A stretch of DNA of 61,761 nt, counting the filler. It is 6 parts of 6 records of this genome, joined end to end, with 100 filler letters (N's around TTAATTAATTAA, not from the genome) between each part and the next. Parts side by side here need not be neighbours in the genome. Positions count along the whole stretch, not along the records: positions 21,913 to 33,459 come from SRR20825010_206; positions 33,560 to 36,959 come from SRR20825010_209; 4 more parts are not named here. One strand, 5' to 3'. Shown one piece after another: positions 25,891 through 37,059 of the stretch. Positions within the stretch are counted from its first letter, which is position 1; each line of letters begins with the position of its first letter. A program made the translations under genes and the position numbers. The notes beneath the pieces were generated by a model, which did not search any database, was not told the DNA's origin, and saw only the letters and a list, made by a program, of their open reading frames with translations.

Positions 25891-27366
25891 TCACTCATCA
25901 TCGGTCGAATTCGCCGGTTCGTCTAAATCGTCACCCGCTGTAAAGTCGAGCATCGGATGCAACGGGTCTTCTTCAAGCATTTCGACATCTTTCAGCGTGC
26001 GGTTCATTGCACGTGTGCGGGTGCCAAGCTGATCAATGGTGTTGGTTGCCGCGCCAAGTTGGCTCTTAAGCCGATCGACTACCTTGCCGTGATTGGCAAA
26101 TTCGGTACGTACCGCACCAAGTACTTTCCATACCTCGCCGGAGCGCTTTTGGATGGCGATAGAGCGAAATGCACTTTGATAGGCACTCAGCAGCGCGGAC
26201 AAGGTTGTCGGCCCCGCAACGGTGATGCGGTATTTCACCTGAAGATCATGCGTCAGCCCGGCACGGCGCAATACTTCCGCATAGAGCCCCTCGGTCGGCA
26301 GGAACAAAATTGCATAGTCTGTTGTGATGGGAGCGTTGATGTATTTTTCTGAAATGGATTTGGCGAAGCTGCGGACGCGAACTTCTAATGCCGCGATTGC
26401 CGCATCAACTGCCGCTGCATCGCCGCGTTCCGCTGCCACAACGAGGCGCTCGTAATCTTCTTGCGGAAACTTTGAATCGATGGGCAGAAGAACGTCATCT
26501 TCGCCCTGTCTTCCGGGGAAACGAACAGCAAACTCCACGCGTTCGCCGCTACCTGATTTTACCTGCGCGTTGATGATGTATTGGTCGGGCGAAAGATACT
26601 GTTCCAGCAGCATCCCAAGCTGGACCTCGCCCCATGTGCCGCGAGTCTTTACGTTGGTGAGGACCTTTTTGAGGTCTCCGACACCAGTTGCAAGAACTTG
26701 CATTTCGCCAAGACCGAGATGAACGCGCTCAAGTTGTTCGCTGACGATGCGGAAGGACTCGCCCAAGCGTTGTTCCAGCGTTGTCTGAAGTTTTTCGTCA
26801 ACCGTCTGGCGCATTTCGTCGAGCTTGAGGGCGTTTTCGGTCCGCAATGTGTCGAGCCGGTTTTCTACCGACTTCTTCAGGCCTTCTTGTGTTTCTGTTT
26901 GACGCTGCGACATGGCGGCCAGTTCTGCTGTCACGCGTTCCAGTCGCTCTTTTTGTACGTCACCCATTTGCAGCAACGTGGTTGCAAGCTGTTGGCTTGT
27001 CTGGCCGAAGTTTGCAGTCAGTTCTTCGCGCAGTGCTTTGGCGCCTGCTGCTGCGTGTACATTGGCGGCCTCAAGTTTGGCTTCGATGGTCTCGCGCAAT
27101 GCTTCGCGCCCGGCATTGGCTTCGGCCCCCATTCGGCCGATATCAAAGTCAAGCTTTTGCCCCATCGCTGCAATGAGCGCGCCAAGTTCCTGCCGAAGTC
27201 CGCGTGATTGTTCCTCGGCGGCATACCGGATGCGTTCGGCCTCGTCGCGCAACATTGTGCCGCCATTGTCCTTGCGGCCGGCCAAGAAGGTCAGAATTGA
27301 AAACAATGCGGCAATAGCGGCCAAGACTACGGCCGCAATGGCGAGATATTCCGTGGGCATTTCCAT
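25891..27366 (-). CDS. rmuC: DNA recombination protein RmuC
   Basis: N-terminal TM, coiled coil, NVKTRGTWGEVQL, LPIDSKFP, FLPTEGLYAE, GPTTL. Confidence 0.95.
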   Translation of the reverse strand: MEMPTEYLAIAAVVLAAIAALFSILTFLAGRKDNGGTMLRDEAERIRYAAEEQSRGLRQELGALIAAMGQKLDFDIGRMGAEANAGREALRETIEAKLEAANVHAAAGAKALREELTANFGQTSQQLATTLLQMGDVQKERLERVTAELAAMSQRQTETQEGLKKSVENRLDTLRTENALKLDEMRQTVDEKLQTTLEQRLGESFRIVSEQLERVHLGLGEMQVLATGVGDLKKVLTNVKTRGTWGEVQLGMLLEQYLSPDQYIINAQVKSGSGERVEFAVRFPGRQGEDDVLLPIDSKFPQEDYERLVVAAERGDAAAVDAAIAALEVRVRSFAKSISEKYINAPITTDYAILFLPTEGLYAEVLRRAGLTHDLQVKYRITVAGPTTLSALLSAYQSAFRSIAIQKRSGEVWKVLGAVRTEFANHGKVVDRLKSQLGAATNTIDQLGTRTRAMNRTLKDVEMLEEDPLHPMLDFTAGDDLDEPANSTDDE

Positions 27367-27540
27367 TCAGGTTCCGGTGCAAGGTGGCGGCAAGATAAAA
27401 GCGAACATTTTGGCAACTATAGTCCGATTCCCGCTCCGGCAAGGTATGTGCGCGGGGTTACCCACCAAGTTGGACTTCCCATTAGAGTATTATGTGTGAT
27501 TATAGGCCATCGGAAGATGCATGGATCTGCGGGGGGTGTG

Positions 27541-27972
27541 ATGCGACGGATTTTAGTCATTATGGCAGTGGCGTTGGGACTTGCTGCCTGTGGTCCCATG
27601 ATGGAAACACGCTACGAGTTCACGCCACCAACATCGAAATCCGGCATGCAATGCGTGCAGAACTGTCAGGCTGACCAATCCATGTGTCAGGCAGATGCAC
27701 GTGCAGCCAAAGAGCGTTGCCGTGAAGAGGCGGACCGGAAGGCCGACCGTGATTATCACAAAGCCAAGGACGATTATATCGTCGCGCTGCGGCTGCATGC
27801 CAAGGATCCGGCCCAGTTTCCGGAGCCGCGAGAGCCCTATCGCTCCAGCCCCAGCTACTACCAATGCGACAAGTTGGGGGCGGAATGCACGGGCCAATAC
27901 AATATGTGCTACCGCTCTTGCGGCGGGCAGATCATGGAACATCAGGTCTGTGTCGCAAATTGCGACCAATAG
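27541..27972 (+). CDS. Cys-rich hypothetical lipoprotein (143 aa)
   Basis: Signal peptide with lipobox LAAC; 10 further Cys in CX3C/CX6C patterns. Confidence 0.8.
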   Translation: MRRILVIMAVALGLAACGPMMETRYEFTPPTSKSGMQCVQNCQADQSMCQADARAAKERCREEADRKADRDYHKAKDDYIVALRLHAKDPAQFPEPREPYRSSPSYYQCDKLGAECTGQYNMCYRSCGGQIMEHQVCVANCDQ

Positions 27973-28034
27973 CCCTCTATGTCTGACCACCCCCTCATCT
28001 TGACCAAAGAGGTTCGGGGGCTTATTTCAAGCCT

Positions 28035-28559
28035 ATGGCTATCAGAGAAATCATCATAGCGCCTGATGCGCGCCTCAAGCAGCGGTCCCTTCCTGTTGAA
28101 CAGGTGGATGACGAATTGCGCGCGCTGATGGATGACATGCTGGAAACCATGTATGACGCGCCGGGCATCGGGCTGGCCGCTATTCAGGTCGGCGTCGCAA
28201 AGCGCGTGATCGTGATGGATCTGGCGCGCGATGGTGAAGAGCCTGCGCCGCGCTTTTTCGTCAATCCGGAAATTCTGGAGACGTCGGAAGATTTCGCCGT
28301 CTATGAGGAAGGTTGCCTCTCGGTGCCGGATTTCTACGAGGATGTGGAGCGCCCGGCACAATGCCGCATTCGCTATCTCGACTATAATGGCGAGCCGCAT
28401 GAAGAAGAATGTGACGAGCTTTTTGCCACCTGCTTCCAGCACGAGATGGATCATCTCGAAGGCATTCTCTTCATCGACCATCTGTCCAAGCTCAAGCGTT
28501 CGATGACGCTGAAGAAGCTGACCAAAGCCAAGAAGCTTCAGGAAAAGGAACCGGCTTGA
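28035..28559 (+). CDS. def: Peptide deformylase
   Basis: [20 protein letters not shown]. Confidence 0.97.
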   Translation: MAIREIIIAPDARLKQRSLPVEQVDDELRALMDDMLETMYDAPGIGLAAIQVGVAKRVIVMDLARDGEEPAPRFFVNPEILETSEDFAVYEEGCLSVPDFYEDVERPAQCRIRYLDYNGEPHEEECDELFATCFQHEMDHLEGILFIDHLSKLKRSMTLKKLTKAKKLQEKEPA

Positions 28560-28581
28560 GGCGCGCCCTCACGCAGGTCAT

Positions 28582-29526
28582 ATGTCCATGAGTTTGCGCA
28601 TTGCTTTCATGGGTACACCTGATTTCTCCGTCACGGTTCTGTCCGAATTATTGGCTGCCGGTCACGAGATCGTCGCGGTCTATTCCCAACCGCCCCGCAA
28701 GGCGGGACGCGGCATGGCCGAACAGCCATCACCCATTCATCGCTTTGCGCTGGAGGCAGGCTTGCCGGTGCGCACGCCGCTCTCGCTGAAAGGTGAGGAG
28801 GAGCAAAGCGCCTTTGCTGATCTCGACCTTGATGTGGCGGTCGTCGTTGCTTACGGGCTGATCTTGCCGCAAGCAGTGCTCGATGCGCCGCGCATGGGAT
28901 GTCTCAATCTTCATGCGTCCTTGCTGCCGCGCTGGCGTGGCGCTGCACCTATTCAACGTGCGGTCATGGCGGGCGATGACGAAACAGGTGTCATGGTCAT
29001 GCAGATGGAAGCTGGGCTTGATACTGGCCCTGTGCTGCTGGCCGAACATGTTGCCATTACAAAAAGCGATACGGCAGGAACGCTGCATGACGCATTGAGC
29101 CAGACAGGCGCATCGCTGATGGTGCGTGCGCTGGCGGCTTTGTCGCGCGGGTCACTTGCCGCGACCCCGCAAAGCGAAATCGGCGTGACCTATGCCGGCA
29201 AGATCACTAAGGAAGAAGCGCGCATCGACTGGACGCGCACGGCCACCGAACTCGATTGCCATATCCGCGGTTTGACGCCTTTTCCCGGTGCCTTTTTTGA
29301 AGTCACGCGCGAGGGAAAGCCGACACGCGTGAAAATACTGAAGGCGCAACCTGTCGATATGTCCGGTACGGCGGGAGAAATCCTGTCGGTCGATCAAGGC
29401 ATAACAATTGCCTGCGGCGCGGGCGCTTTGCGCATTTCCCAATTGCAGCGTGCGGGCAAAGGGCCGATGCAGGCCGATGATTTTCTGCGCGGGTTTGCTT
29501 TTGCAAAAGGTGAGAGCCTCGTCTGA
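28582..29526 (+). CDS. fmt: Methionyl-tRNA formyltransferase
   Basis: [36 protein letters not shown]. Confidence 0.97.
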   Translation: MSMSLRIAFMGTPDFSVTVLSELLAAGHEIVAVYSQPPRKAGRGMAEQPSPIHRFALEAGLPVRTPLSLKGEEEQSAFADLDLDVAVVVAYGLILPQAVLDAPRMGCLNLHASLLPRWRGAAPIQRAVMAGDDETGVMVMQMEAGLDTGPVLLAEHVAITKSDTAGTLHDALSQTGASLMVRALAALSRGSLAATPQSEIGVTYAGKITKEEARIDWTRTATELDCHIRGLTPFPGAFFEVTREGKPTRVKILKAQPVDMSGTAGEILSVDQGITIACGAGALRISQLQRAGKGPMQADDFLRGFAFAKGESLV

Positions 29527-30266
29527 TGCCGCGCTATAAACTCACAATCGAATATGACGGCAGCCCCTATTGCGGCTGGCAATCACAAACCGGCGGCGGC
29601 GCGGTGCAGGATGTGCTGGAGACTGGCATTAAAGGTTTTTGTGGTCAGGATATCCGCGTCAATGGCGCGGGCCGTACCGATGCCGGTGTGCATGCCTTGG
29701 GGCAAGTTGCACATATTGATCTTGATACGGATGTTCGGCCCGACACGCTGCGCGACGCGGTCAATGCGCATATGCGGCCCGAACCTGTTTCGATCCTGAG
29801 TGCCGAATTGGTGCCCGATGATTTTGAAGCACGCTTTTCCGCGACGCGCCGACACTATCTCTACCGCATCATCAATCGCCGTGCGCCACTGGCTCTCGAT
29901 CGCGGTCAGGCATGGCTCGTTCACAAGCCGCTTGATGCGGACGCCATGCATGATGCCGCGCAAGTGCTGGTGGGGCACCATGATTTTACGACATTCCGCT
30001 CGGTGCAGTGCCAGGCGAAATCGCCTGTGAAGACGCTCGATGAATTGTCTGTTTCGCGCTATGGCGACGAGATCGAGATCGTCTCGCGGGCCCGCAGTTT
30101 CCTGCACAATCAGGTGCGTTCGCTGGTCGGATCGCTGCGTATGGTGGGCGAGGGAAAGTGGACAAAACGCGATTTGGAACGCGCCTTGAAGGCAAAAGAC
30201 AGGGCGGCTTGCGGGCCGGTTTCGCCGCCTGACGGGCTCTATCTGATGAAGGTGGATTACGATTAA
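29526..30266 (+). CDS. truA: tRNA pseudouridine(38-40) synthase
   Basis: [36 protein letters not shown]. Confidence 0.97.
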   Translation: MPRYKLTIEYDGSPYCGWQSQTGGGAVQDVLETGIKGFCGQDIRVNGAGRTDAGVHALGQVAHIDLDTDVRPDTLRDAVNAHMRPEPVSILSAELVPDDFEARFSATRRHYLYRIINRRAPLALDRGQAWLVHKPLDADAMHDAAQVLVGHHDFTTFRSVQCQAKSPVKTLDELSVSRYGDEIEIVSRARSFLHNQVRSLVGSLRMVGEGKWTKRDLERALKAKDRAACGPVSPPDGLYLMKVDYD

Positions 30267-30381
30267 AGGCTCGAAAAAGGCTCAAAATTCCGAGCTTTTC
30301 CTTCACGAGATCGAGCATTTCCAGCTAGAGATTGAGCGTTTTCCTTCATCCCGGCTGAGCGCGGGCGCTTATCCCCGCTTG

Positions 30382-31206
30382 TCAGCCGAATTGCAGATCG
30401 ACAATCTCGACATCTTTCGGGCGGATCGCTTCGCCGAAAAAGATACCCCCGACGCGGGAAAACCGCTCGGCGCTGTCGGTCGCCAGAAACTTCGTTTTGC
30501 CTTTGCCCTTACGCGAAGTGGCAAGCCCCTGAATGTCGAGCGCATCGGAAACTGCGCGCGCGGTTGTCTCGGCACTATCGACCAGACGAACGCCGCGCCC
30601 CACAACTTTGCGAATTGATTTGGCCAGCACCGGAAAATGCGTGCATCCGAGGACAAGGGTGTCGGGCGCATTCTTGCGTTTGAAGAGCGGCGTCAGATAG
30701 CGCCGCGCGGTCGCCTCCACGACATCGCCGGACACCCAGCCTTCCTCGGCCAGCGTGACGAAGAGACCGCAAGGCTCTTGCACAACATGGGCGTCGGGTG
30801 CGCGGGCATGGATGGCGCGCGCATAGGCACCGACACGCACGGTGGCCTCGGTGGCGATGACGGCGATGTGATTGCTTTTGGTGGCCGCGACCGCTGCTTC
30901 TGCGCCCGGCTCGATCACGCCGATGACGGGCAGCGGGCTGAGCGCTTCCTGCAAAGGCTTGAGCGCGACGGAAGACGCGGTGTTGCAGGCAATGACGATC
31001 ATCTTCACGTCATGGGTGAGCAGATGCTTTGTCGTCTGCAACGAATAGGCGGTGACAGTCTCCGCGCTCTTGGTGCCATAGGGCAGCCGCGCCATGTCGC
31101 CCAGATAGACGAGATTTTCATGCGGCAGACGCGCACGCAAAGCTTTCAGAACGGTGATGCCGCCAATGCCGCTATCAAAAACGCCGATGGGTCGGTTGTC
31201 ACTCAA
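30382..31206 (-). CDS. murI: Glutamate racemase
   Basis: FDSGIGG, PYGTK, IACNTAS, LGCTHFP. Confidence 0.96.
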   Translation of the reverse strand: MSDNRPIGVFDSGIGGITVLKALRARLPHENLVYLGDMARLPYGTKSAETVTAYSLQTTKHLLTHDVKMIVIACNTASSVALKPLQEALSPLPVIGVIEPGAEAAVAATKSNHIAVIATEATVRVGAYARAIHARAPDAHVVQEPCGLFVTLAEEGWVSGDVVEATARRYLTPLFKRKNAPDTLVLGCTHFPVLAKSIRKVVGRGVRLVDSAETTARAVSDALDIQGLATSRKGKGKTKFLATDSAERFSRVGGIFFGEAIRPKDVEIVDLQFG

Positions 31207-32405
31207 GATGTGGGCGCCTTCTTGAAGTAGCCGCGCAATATGGCTTCGTATATGTCGGCAAGCCGCCCCACATCAGCGGCGGGCACATGCTCGTCCACCT
31301 TGTGCATGGTGGAATTGGCAAAGCCGAATTCGACAACCGGCGCATGGGCGCGGATGAAACGCGCATCCGACGTGCCGCCTGTGGTGGAAAGCTCTGCCGT
31401 TTCGCCTGTCACCTGTTTGATCGCGTCGGTGATGAGGGCGGAAAATTCGCCGGGCTGGGTGATGAAGCTCTCGCCGGAAATCTTCGTCTCGAAATCGTAT
31501 GAGCCGCCCATCTCCTGCACGACCTGATCAAAGACACCGCGCATCCACTGGTCGAGGCTCGAGCCCGTATGCTCGTCATTGAAGCGGATATTCATGACCG
31601 CGCGGGCATTGGCCGGAATGACATTGGTGGCCGTATTGCCGGTGTCGATGGTTGTAATCTCGAAATTGGAGGGCTGGAAATGGTCATTGCCCTTGTCCAA
31701 CTCATGCGCGTTGAGGCGACGCATCATCTCGATGAGGCGCGGCAAGGGATTGTCGGCCTGATGCGGATAGGCAACGTGGCCCTGCATGCCATGGACGGTG
31801 AGCCAGCCATTGATGCTGCCGCGGCGTCCGATCTTCACCATGTCGCCGAGCTTTTTGGCGCTGGTCGGTTCGCCGACAAGGCAATGGTCGAATGTCTCGC
31901 CGCGTGCGGCCAGAACCTTCAGCATCTTGATAGTGCCGTTGACGCTCGGGCCTTCCTCGTCACCTGTGATGAGAAGGCTGATCGAGCCTTCACCCTCGTT
32001 GAGCTTGCCTTCGCGCACAAGGCGGGAGGCGGCGGCCACAAAGCTCGCAATCGAGCCTTTCATGTCGGAGGCACCGCGCCCGAAAAGCTTGCCTGACTTG
32101 ATCTCGCCCGCGAAGGGATCGACCGACCACGAGGCTGCATCGCCCACGGGCACAACATCGGTGTGACCCGCAAAGCAGAAGTGGGGCGAGCCGCTGCCGA
32201 TCCGCGCATAGAGATTGTCGACATCGGGCGTGCCGTCTTCGGAAAACAGCATCCGCTCGCAATTGAAGCCCAAAGGCGCGAGATAATTGGCCAGCGTCCC
32301 CAATGCGCCTTCATCGGCGGGGGTGACAGACGGGCAGCGGATCAGATCGACGGCAATGTCGAGCGGATCGTAAGGGGGCTTGGGCAGCGCGGGCGGGATT
32401 GTCAT
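31203..32405 (-). CDS. dapE: Succinyl-diaminopimelate desuccinylase
   Basis: FAGHTDVVP, GRGASDMKG, TGDEE, GEPT, GRRGS, GHVAYPH, GGTSDARF. Confidence 0.96.
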   Translation of the reverse strand: MTIPPALPKPPYDPLDIAVDLIRCPSVTPADEGALGTLANYLAPLGFNCERMLFSEDGTPDVDNLYARIGSGSPHFCFAGHTDVVPVGDAASWSVDPFAGEIKSGKLFGRGASDMKGSIASFVAAASRLVREGKLNEGEGSISLLITGDEEGPSVNGTIKMLKVLAARGETFDHCLVGEPTSAKKLGDMVKIGRRGSINGWLTVHGMQGHVAYPHQADNPLPRLIEMMRRLNAHELDKGNDHFQPSNFEITTIDTGNTATNVIPANARAVMNIRFNDEHTGSSLDQWMRGVFDQVVQEMGGSYDFETKISGESFITQPGEFSALITDAIKQVTGETAELSTTGGTSDARFIRAHAPVVEFGFANSTMHKVDEHVPAADVGRLADIYEAILRGYFKKAPTS

Positions 32406-32463
32406 ATATCCCGTTTACCGCGCCCTCCCAGAACCGTCAATTGGAGCAGTGTGTCCGCCTGCC

Positions 32464-33309
32464 TTAGTCGCGCAGCAGCTCGTTAATGGCGGTCTTGGCG
32501 CGGGTCTGGGCATCGACCGTTTTGACGATCACGGCGCAATAGAGGCTGGGCGAAGGCCTGCCATCGGGTGCGGGCTTGCCGGGCAGCGAGCCTGGCACGA
32601 CGACCGAATAGGGCGGCACCTTGCCGATATGGATCTCGCCGGTTTCGCGGTTGATGATCTTGGTGGAGGCCGACAGGAAAACGCCCATGGAGAGCACGGC
32701 ACCTTCGCCGACAATCACGCCTTCCACGACTTCCGAACGCGCACCGATGAAGCAATTATCCTCGATAACCACGGGATTGGCCTGCAGGGGTTCCAGCACG
32801 CCGCCAATGCCGACGCCGCCCGACAGGTGACAATTCTTGCCAATCTGGGCGCAGGAGCCGACGGTGACCCATGTGTCCACCATCGTGCCTTCGTCCACAT
32901 AGGCGCCAAGGTTCACGAATGAGGGCATGAGAACGACATTGGGGGCGACATAGGCCGAGCGGCGCACAACGGCACCGGGCACAGCGCGGAAGCCTGCCTT
33001 GCGGAATTCGGCTTCGCCCCAGCCTTCAAACTTGGACGGCACCTTGTCCCACCACTGGGTGTCATTGCCCGGACCGCCTGCGATCAGGCCCATATCATTG
33101 AGGCGGAAGGAGAGCAGAACGGCCTTTTTCAGCCACTGGTTGACGACCCATTCGTCCTTGAACTTCTCGGCCACCCGCATTTCGCCGCTATCCAGTGCCA
33201 GAAGGGCGGCCTCGACCGCCTCGCGCACTTCGCCCTTTGTGCCCGTATTGATCGTGTCGCGCGCCTCGAAGGCGGCTTCGACTACGGATTTCATCTGTGC
33301 GGTGCTCAT
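32464..33309 (-). CDS. dapD: Tetrahydrodipicolinate N-succinyltransferase
   Basis: [49 protein letters not shown]. Confidence 0.97.
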   Translation of the reverse strand: MSTAQMKSVVEAAFEARDTINTGTKGEVREAVEAALLALDSGEMRVAEKFKDEWVVNQWLKKAVLLSFRLNDMGLIAGGPGNDTQWWDKVPSKFEGWGEAEFRKAGFRAVPGAVVRRSAYVAPNVVLMPSFVNLGAYVDEGTMVDTWVTVGSCAQIGKNCHLSGGVGIGGVLEPLQANPVVIEDNCFIGARSEVVEGVIVGEGAVLSMGVFLSASTKIINRETGEIHIGKVPPYSVVVPGSLPGKPAPDGRPSPSLYCAVIVKTVDAQTRAKTAINELLRD

Positions 33310-33459
33310 GGGGCGCTCCATTCGTGGGGGTGTCATTTGGCGGGCAAGATAGCGGGCAGGGCTGATCTGTCAAACCGGAGCTGGAACGGTGGATGTGGGG
33401 GAGTTGGGAGGGCTTTATGGGACGTTGCCGTTTTGAGGGTGCGGCAAAGATGGATGGCC

Positions 33460-33559
33460 NNNNNNNNNNNNNNNNNNNNNNNNNNNNNNNNNNNNNNNNN
33501 NNNTTAATTAATTAANNNNNNNNNNNNNNNNNNNNNNNNNNNNNNNNNNNNNNNNNNNN
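33460..33559. other. Artificial contig spacer
   Basis: N-run, TTAATTAATTAA, N-run. Confidence 0.99.
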
Positions 33560-33560
33560 G

Positions 33561-34193
33561 GATCACATCAAGATCCTGCAAGACAACGACTTTCACGAAT
33601 TCAAGATCAGCTGCAAGGCGTCTGATGTCTTCATGGCCGCGGCCGCTTATCAGCAGCTTGCCGATCAGACTGATGCCCCGATCCACCTCGGCATCACCGA
33701 GGCGGGCGGGCTGATGTCCGGCACAATCAAATCCGCCATCGGGTTGGGCAACCTTTTGTGGATGGGGATTGGCGACACGATCCGGGTGTCGCTGTCGGCG
33801 GACCCGGTCGAAGAGGTCAAGGTTGGATATGAGATCCTGAAATCTCTTGGCCTACGCCATCGCGGCGTCAATATCATCTCCTGCCCGTCTTGTGCGCGGC
33901 AGGGGTTCGACGTGATCAAGACCGTCGAGACGCTGGAAAAGCGATTGGAACACATCAAGACACCGATGAGCCTGTCGATCATCGGCTGCGTGGTCAACGG
34001 GCCGGGTGAGGCGCTGATGACCGATGTCGGGTTCACCGGCGGCGGTGCGGGCAGCGGTATGGTTTATCTGGCGGGCAAGGCCAGCCACAAGATGTCCAAT
34101 GACCAGATGGTCGAACACATCGTGGAAGAGGTTGAAAAGCGCGCGGCGGTCATCGATGCCGAAGAGGCTGCAGCGTCCGAGGCGGCAGAGTAA
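33561..34193 (+). CDS. ispG: HMBPP synthase IspG, 5'-truncated
   Basis: [41 protein letters not shown]. Confidence 0.96.
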   Translation, partial: DHIKILQDNDFHEFKISCKASDVFMAAAAYQQLADQTDAPIHLGITEAGGLMSGTIKSAIGLGNLLWMGIGDTIRVSLSADPVEEVKVGYEILKSLGLRHRGVNIISCPSCARQGFDVIKTVETLEKRLEHIKTPMSLSIIGCVVNGPGEALMTDVGFTGGGAGSGMVYLAGKASHKMSNDQMVEHIVEEVEKRAAVIDAEEAAASEAAE

Positions 34194-34196
34194 CGC

Positions 34197-34706
34197 CTAG
34201 CCGCCCGTGTCCGTCAGATAACGGTGCAGGACAAACGCAGGCATGTGCCCGCGGATCAACCTGTCGCGCATGACGTAGGATGGCAGTATGTCCAGACCCA
34301 GCGCCGCCATCGTGGCGGCGTTGTTTGTGGCCGTCGTATTCAACACGGCAACCCTGATCCCCAGATCCTGTGAAATCTGACGCAGCTCCGATAGCGCAAC
34401 GTCGCAATCGGGGCAGTCCGGGCCTATAAACAGCGCGATGGACGGAACCCCCTCCGGCCCAAACCCTGGGCTTGAAGGGTCAAAAAGATCGTCTTTACGC
34501 GCAATCCCGTCAAGATCGGCCTGCCGTTCATCACTATACAGATCGATCGGCGCAGAAGGCGCGTTCAGCGCCCGAATGCGCCCAAGAAACTCTGCCTGCA
34601 AGCCGCTGTCGCTTGAGGGAAAGGGACCATCGTCCGCGACCAACGGTCCGGCAAGACAGGAAAACGCGGCGACTGTGAGCAGCCGCCGCGCATGGTGTGA
34701 GATCAT
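34197..34706 (-). CDS. Exported thioredoxin-fold (short DsbA-like) protein
   Basis: Signal peptide, CPDC motif, LPSY cis-Pro-like motif, LIRGHMP; overlaps the upstream DsbA stop. Confidence 0.75.
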   Translation of the reverse strand: MISHHARRLLTVAAFSCLAGPLVADDGPFPSSDSGLQAEFLGRIRALNAPSAPIDLYSDERQADLDGIARKDDLFDPSSPGFGPEGVPSIALFIGPDCPDCDVALSELRQISQDLGIRVAVLNTTATNNAATMAALGLDILPSYVMRDRLIRGHMPAFVLHRYLTDTGG

Positions 34707-35482
34707 TGGGTGTCGCGGACCTCGTCGACGATTTGGCGCATGGTTGGCAGCGGGGCGTAGCCGCGCACCATCTGGTCGCCAAAGACAAAACTGGGGGTGC
34801 CGTTGATGTTCATCGCCAGCGCCAGTTCCCGGGTCTCGGTGATCCGGCGGGTGACTTCGTCGCTGTCCATCTCGGCCATGATGGCTTCGGCGTCCAGACC
34901 CAGAGTTTCGGCAATGCGGCGCAGTGGGCCATCGCCGGGGTTGCCTTCGAGGGTGATCAGCGCGTCATGAACCGATTTATAAGCCTCGTTGCCCGCGACG
35001 ATCTGTGTGGCAATGGCAAAGCGCGACGACACCAGAGATGCCTCACCCAGAATGGGGAACTCTTTGACGATATAACGAATATTGCCATCGGATTCGATCA
35101 GTTCCAGCACCTCAGGGTGCGCGCGCCGGCAGAAACCACAGCGGTAATCGGAGAATTCGATCACGGTCACATCGCCGTCGGGATTGCCGCCGACCCAGGA
35201 AAACCCGTCATCCATCAGGCGCGCCATATTGTCCGCGACCAGCGTGTCGTCCTGCGCAACTTGTGCAGCTTTTTCGCGCTCTTCCAGAACGGCGACGGCC
35301 TCCATGATGACTTGAGGGTTTTCCAGCAGGTAGGCGCGCACTTCTGCACCAAAGGCTGATTTTTGCTCAGCCGTCATGTTGGCGAAATCGAACGGGTCGG
35401 CGTCCTGCGCCATGGCCACAGGCGCGGCCAAGAAACAAAAAGCCGCCGCAGAGGCGCGCAGGGCAGGTTTGGAAAGGAACAT
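34703..35482 (-). CDS. DsbA-family (Com1/ScsC-like) oxidoreductase
   Basis: VRAYLLENPQVI, GNPDGDVTVIEFSDYRCGFC, KEFPILG, GTPSFV. Confidence 0.92.
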   Translation of the reverse strand: MFLSKPALRASAAAFCFLAAPVAMAQDADPFDFANMTAEQKSAFGAEVRAYLLENPQVIMEAVAVLEEREKAAQVAQDDTLVADNMARLMDDGFSWVGGNPDGDVTVIEFSDYRCGFCRRAHPEVLELIESDGNIRYIVKEFPILGEASLVSSRFAIATQIVAGNEAYKSVHDALITLEGNPGDGPLRRIAETLGLDAEAIMAEMDSDEVTRRITETRELALAMNINGTPSFVFGDQMVRGYAPLPTMRQIVDEVRDTQ

Positions 35483-35511
35483 GGGAACTCCCGAAAAAAG
35501 TGTGGTTTTGG

Positions 35512-36840
35512 TTACTTGGCTCGTTTCGCCGCATCTAGCACATCTTGCGCCCGTTGCCACGGGGCAGACCCGCGCGGCAGTGTGGCAATGGCGCGTTCAG
35601 CATGCAGTTTGGCGTCTTTCATGCGGCCTTGCAGGGCATAGCGTTCGGCGGTGGACACCGACGCCATCCCGTTCTGGCCGGTCTTGGCATAGGCCACCGC
35701 CAGATCACGCAGCAGGCGGGCATCGGTGAAATCACGTCCGCGCGCGGTCTCCAGTGCGCGTAATGCCTGTTTCGGCTGACCAGCGGCCAGCAGGGCGCGG
35801 CCCAACCCGCCAAGGATCAGCGGTTCCCGCGGGGCGCGGTTGGCGGCGGCCTGATAGACCTGCACCGCAGCGTTGAACTGGCGCGATTCCAGCAGGATCT
35901 GGCCCTTGAGTTCCATTAGGTAGGGGTCTGTCGGACGCAACGCCAGCGCGCGGTCGATGGCACCGAGGGATTTCTTGAGGTTGGATTGGCGGTGATAGGC
36001 CACCGCCTCGCGCATGTAAGCGATGTCCTGACTGCCGCTGTCCTTGAGCCGCCGCAAGGTCCAAGACGGCGCGCGTTTAAAGGCGGTCAGCTTGCCTTGC
36101 GCCCGTTTGAACCAGTATTGCGCGGTGGCGTTCCGTTCGGTGCTTTTGGTACCGGCCACCAACCCTTCGAGGGCGCGCAGTCGATCACGGGTCAGCGGGT
36201 GGGTGCGCATGTAGGGGTCTTGGCGTCCAACCGACAGTGCCTCTTGGCCACGAAACAGTTTTTGCACCTCCAGCGCGCCGCGCGGGTCGATCCCTGCGCG
36301 CACCATGAAGCGCACCGATGAAATGTCGGCGGCGGATTCCTCTGCCCTTGTGTGGGAAAAGAACAGCCGCATGGCAGAGCCTTGGGCCCCAAGGGCCACG
36401 CCTGCGGCGGCCTGACTGTTTGCGCCCGCTGCGGCGGCAGCGGCGGCAAGTGCCATGCCGATCCCGGCGGCGGTGCGCGCGGCGCGCAGGTTGCCCATTC
36501 GGCGGGTGATATGCCCGTTCGAGATATGCGCCGCCTCATGCGCGATGACCGCCTGCAATGCTTCGGCACTGTCGAGTTTCATGATCAGGCCCGAATGCAG
36601 AAAGATATGCTGCGTGTCGGTAACAAAGGCGTTCAGCGATCCGTCGTCGATCACGATGATATCGACCTGTTGCGGGCTGAGACCGGCGGCGCTGAGGATC
36701 GGCGCGGCAAGCTGGCGCAACGCGTATTCAATATCGGCATCACGCAGCAGCGTCGTCGCGGCCTGTACCGGAGCGGCCGCGATCAGGCTGAATGTTGTGA
36801 CCAGTGCGATCAGCCTTGGCAGGATCGGTGTGCGGATCAT
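35512..36840 (-). CDS. M48 family metalloprotease with TPR repeats (BepA/YfgC-like)
   Basis: LNAF, VIAHEAAH, ESAAD, THP, C-terminal TPR-like helices. Confidence 0.92.
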   Translation of the reverse strand: MIRTPILPRLIALVTTFSLIAAAPVQAATTLLRDADIEYALRQLAAPILSAAGLSPQQVDIIVIDDGSLNAFVTDTQHIFLHSGLIMKLDSAEALQAVIAHEAAHISNGHITRRMGNLRAARTAAGIGMALAAAAAAAGANSQAAAGVALGAQGSAMRLFFSHTRAEESAADISSVRFMVRAGIDPRGALEVQKLFRGQEALSVGRQDPYMRTHPLTRDRLRALEGLVAGTKSTERNATAQYWFKRAQGKLTAFKRAPSWTLRRLKDSGSQDIAYMREAVAYHRQSNLKKSLGAIDRALALRPTDPYLMELKGQILLESRQFNAAVQVYQAAANRAPREPLILGGLGRALLAAGQPKQALRALETARGRDFTDARLLRDLAVAYAKTGQNGMASVSTAERYALQGRMKDAKLHAERAIATLPRGSAPWQRAQDVLDAAKRAK

Positions 36841-36897
36841 TGACGGGTGGCTCCTTCCACTCGTAAGCGGTGTTGGCGACACAGTAGAGAGGCAGAC

Positions 36898-36959
36898 ATG
36901 CGGAGTTCAAGGCGCGGAGCGGTCGATCCCTTTATCGTGATGGACGTGATGGAGGCCGC
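36898..36959 (+). CDS. Class I/II aminotransferase, N-terminal fragment
   Basis: MRSSRRGAVDPFIVMDVMEA after a GAGG RBS; truncated by contig end. Confidence 0.7.
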
Positions 36960-37059
36960 NNNNNNNNNNNNNNNNNNNNNNNNNNNNNNNNNNNNNNNNN
37001 NNNTTAATTAATTAANNNNNNNNNNNNNNNNNNNNNNNNNNNNNNNNNNNNNNNNNNNN
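36960..37059. other. Artificial contig spacer
   Basis: N-run, TTAATTAATTAA, N-run. Confidence 0.99.
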
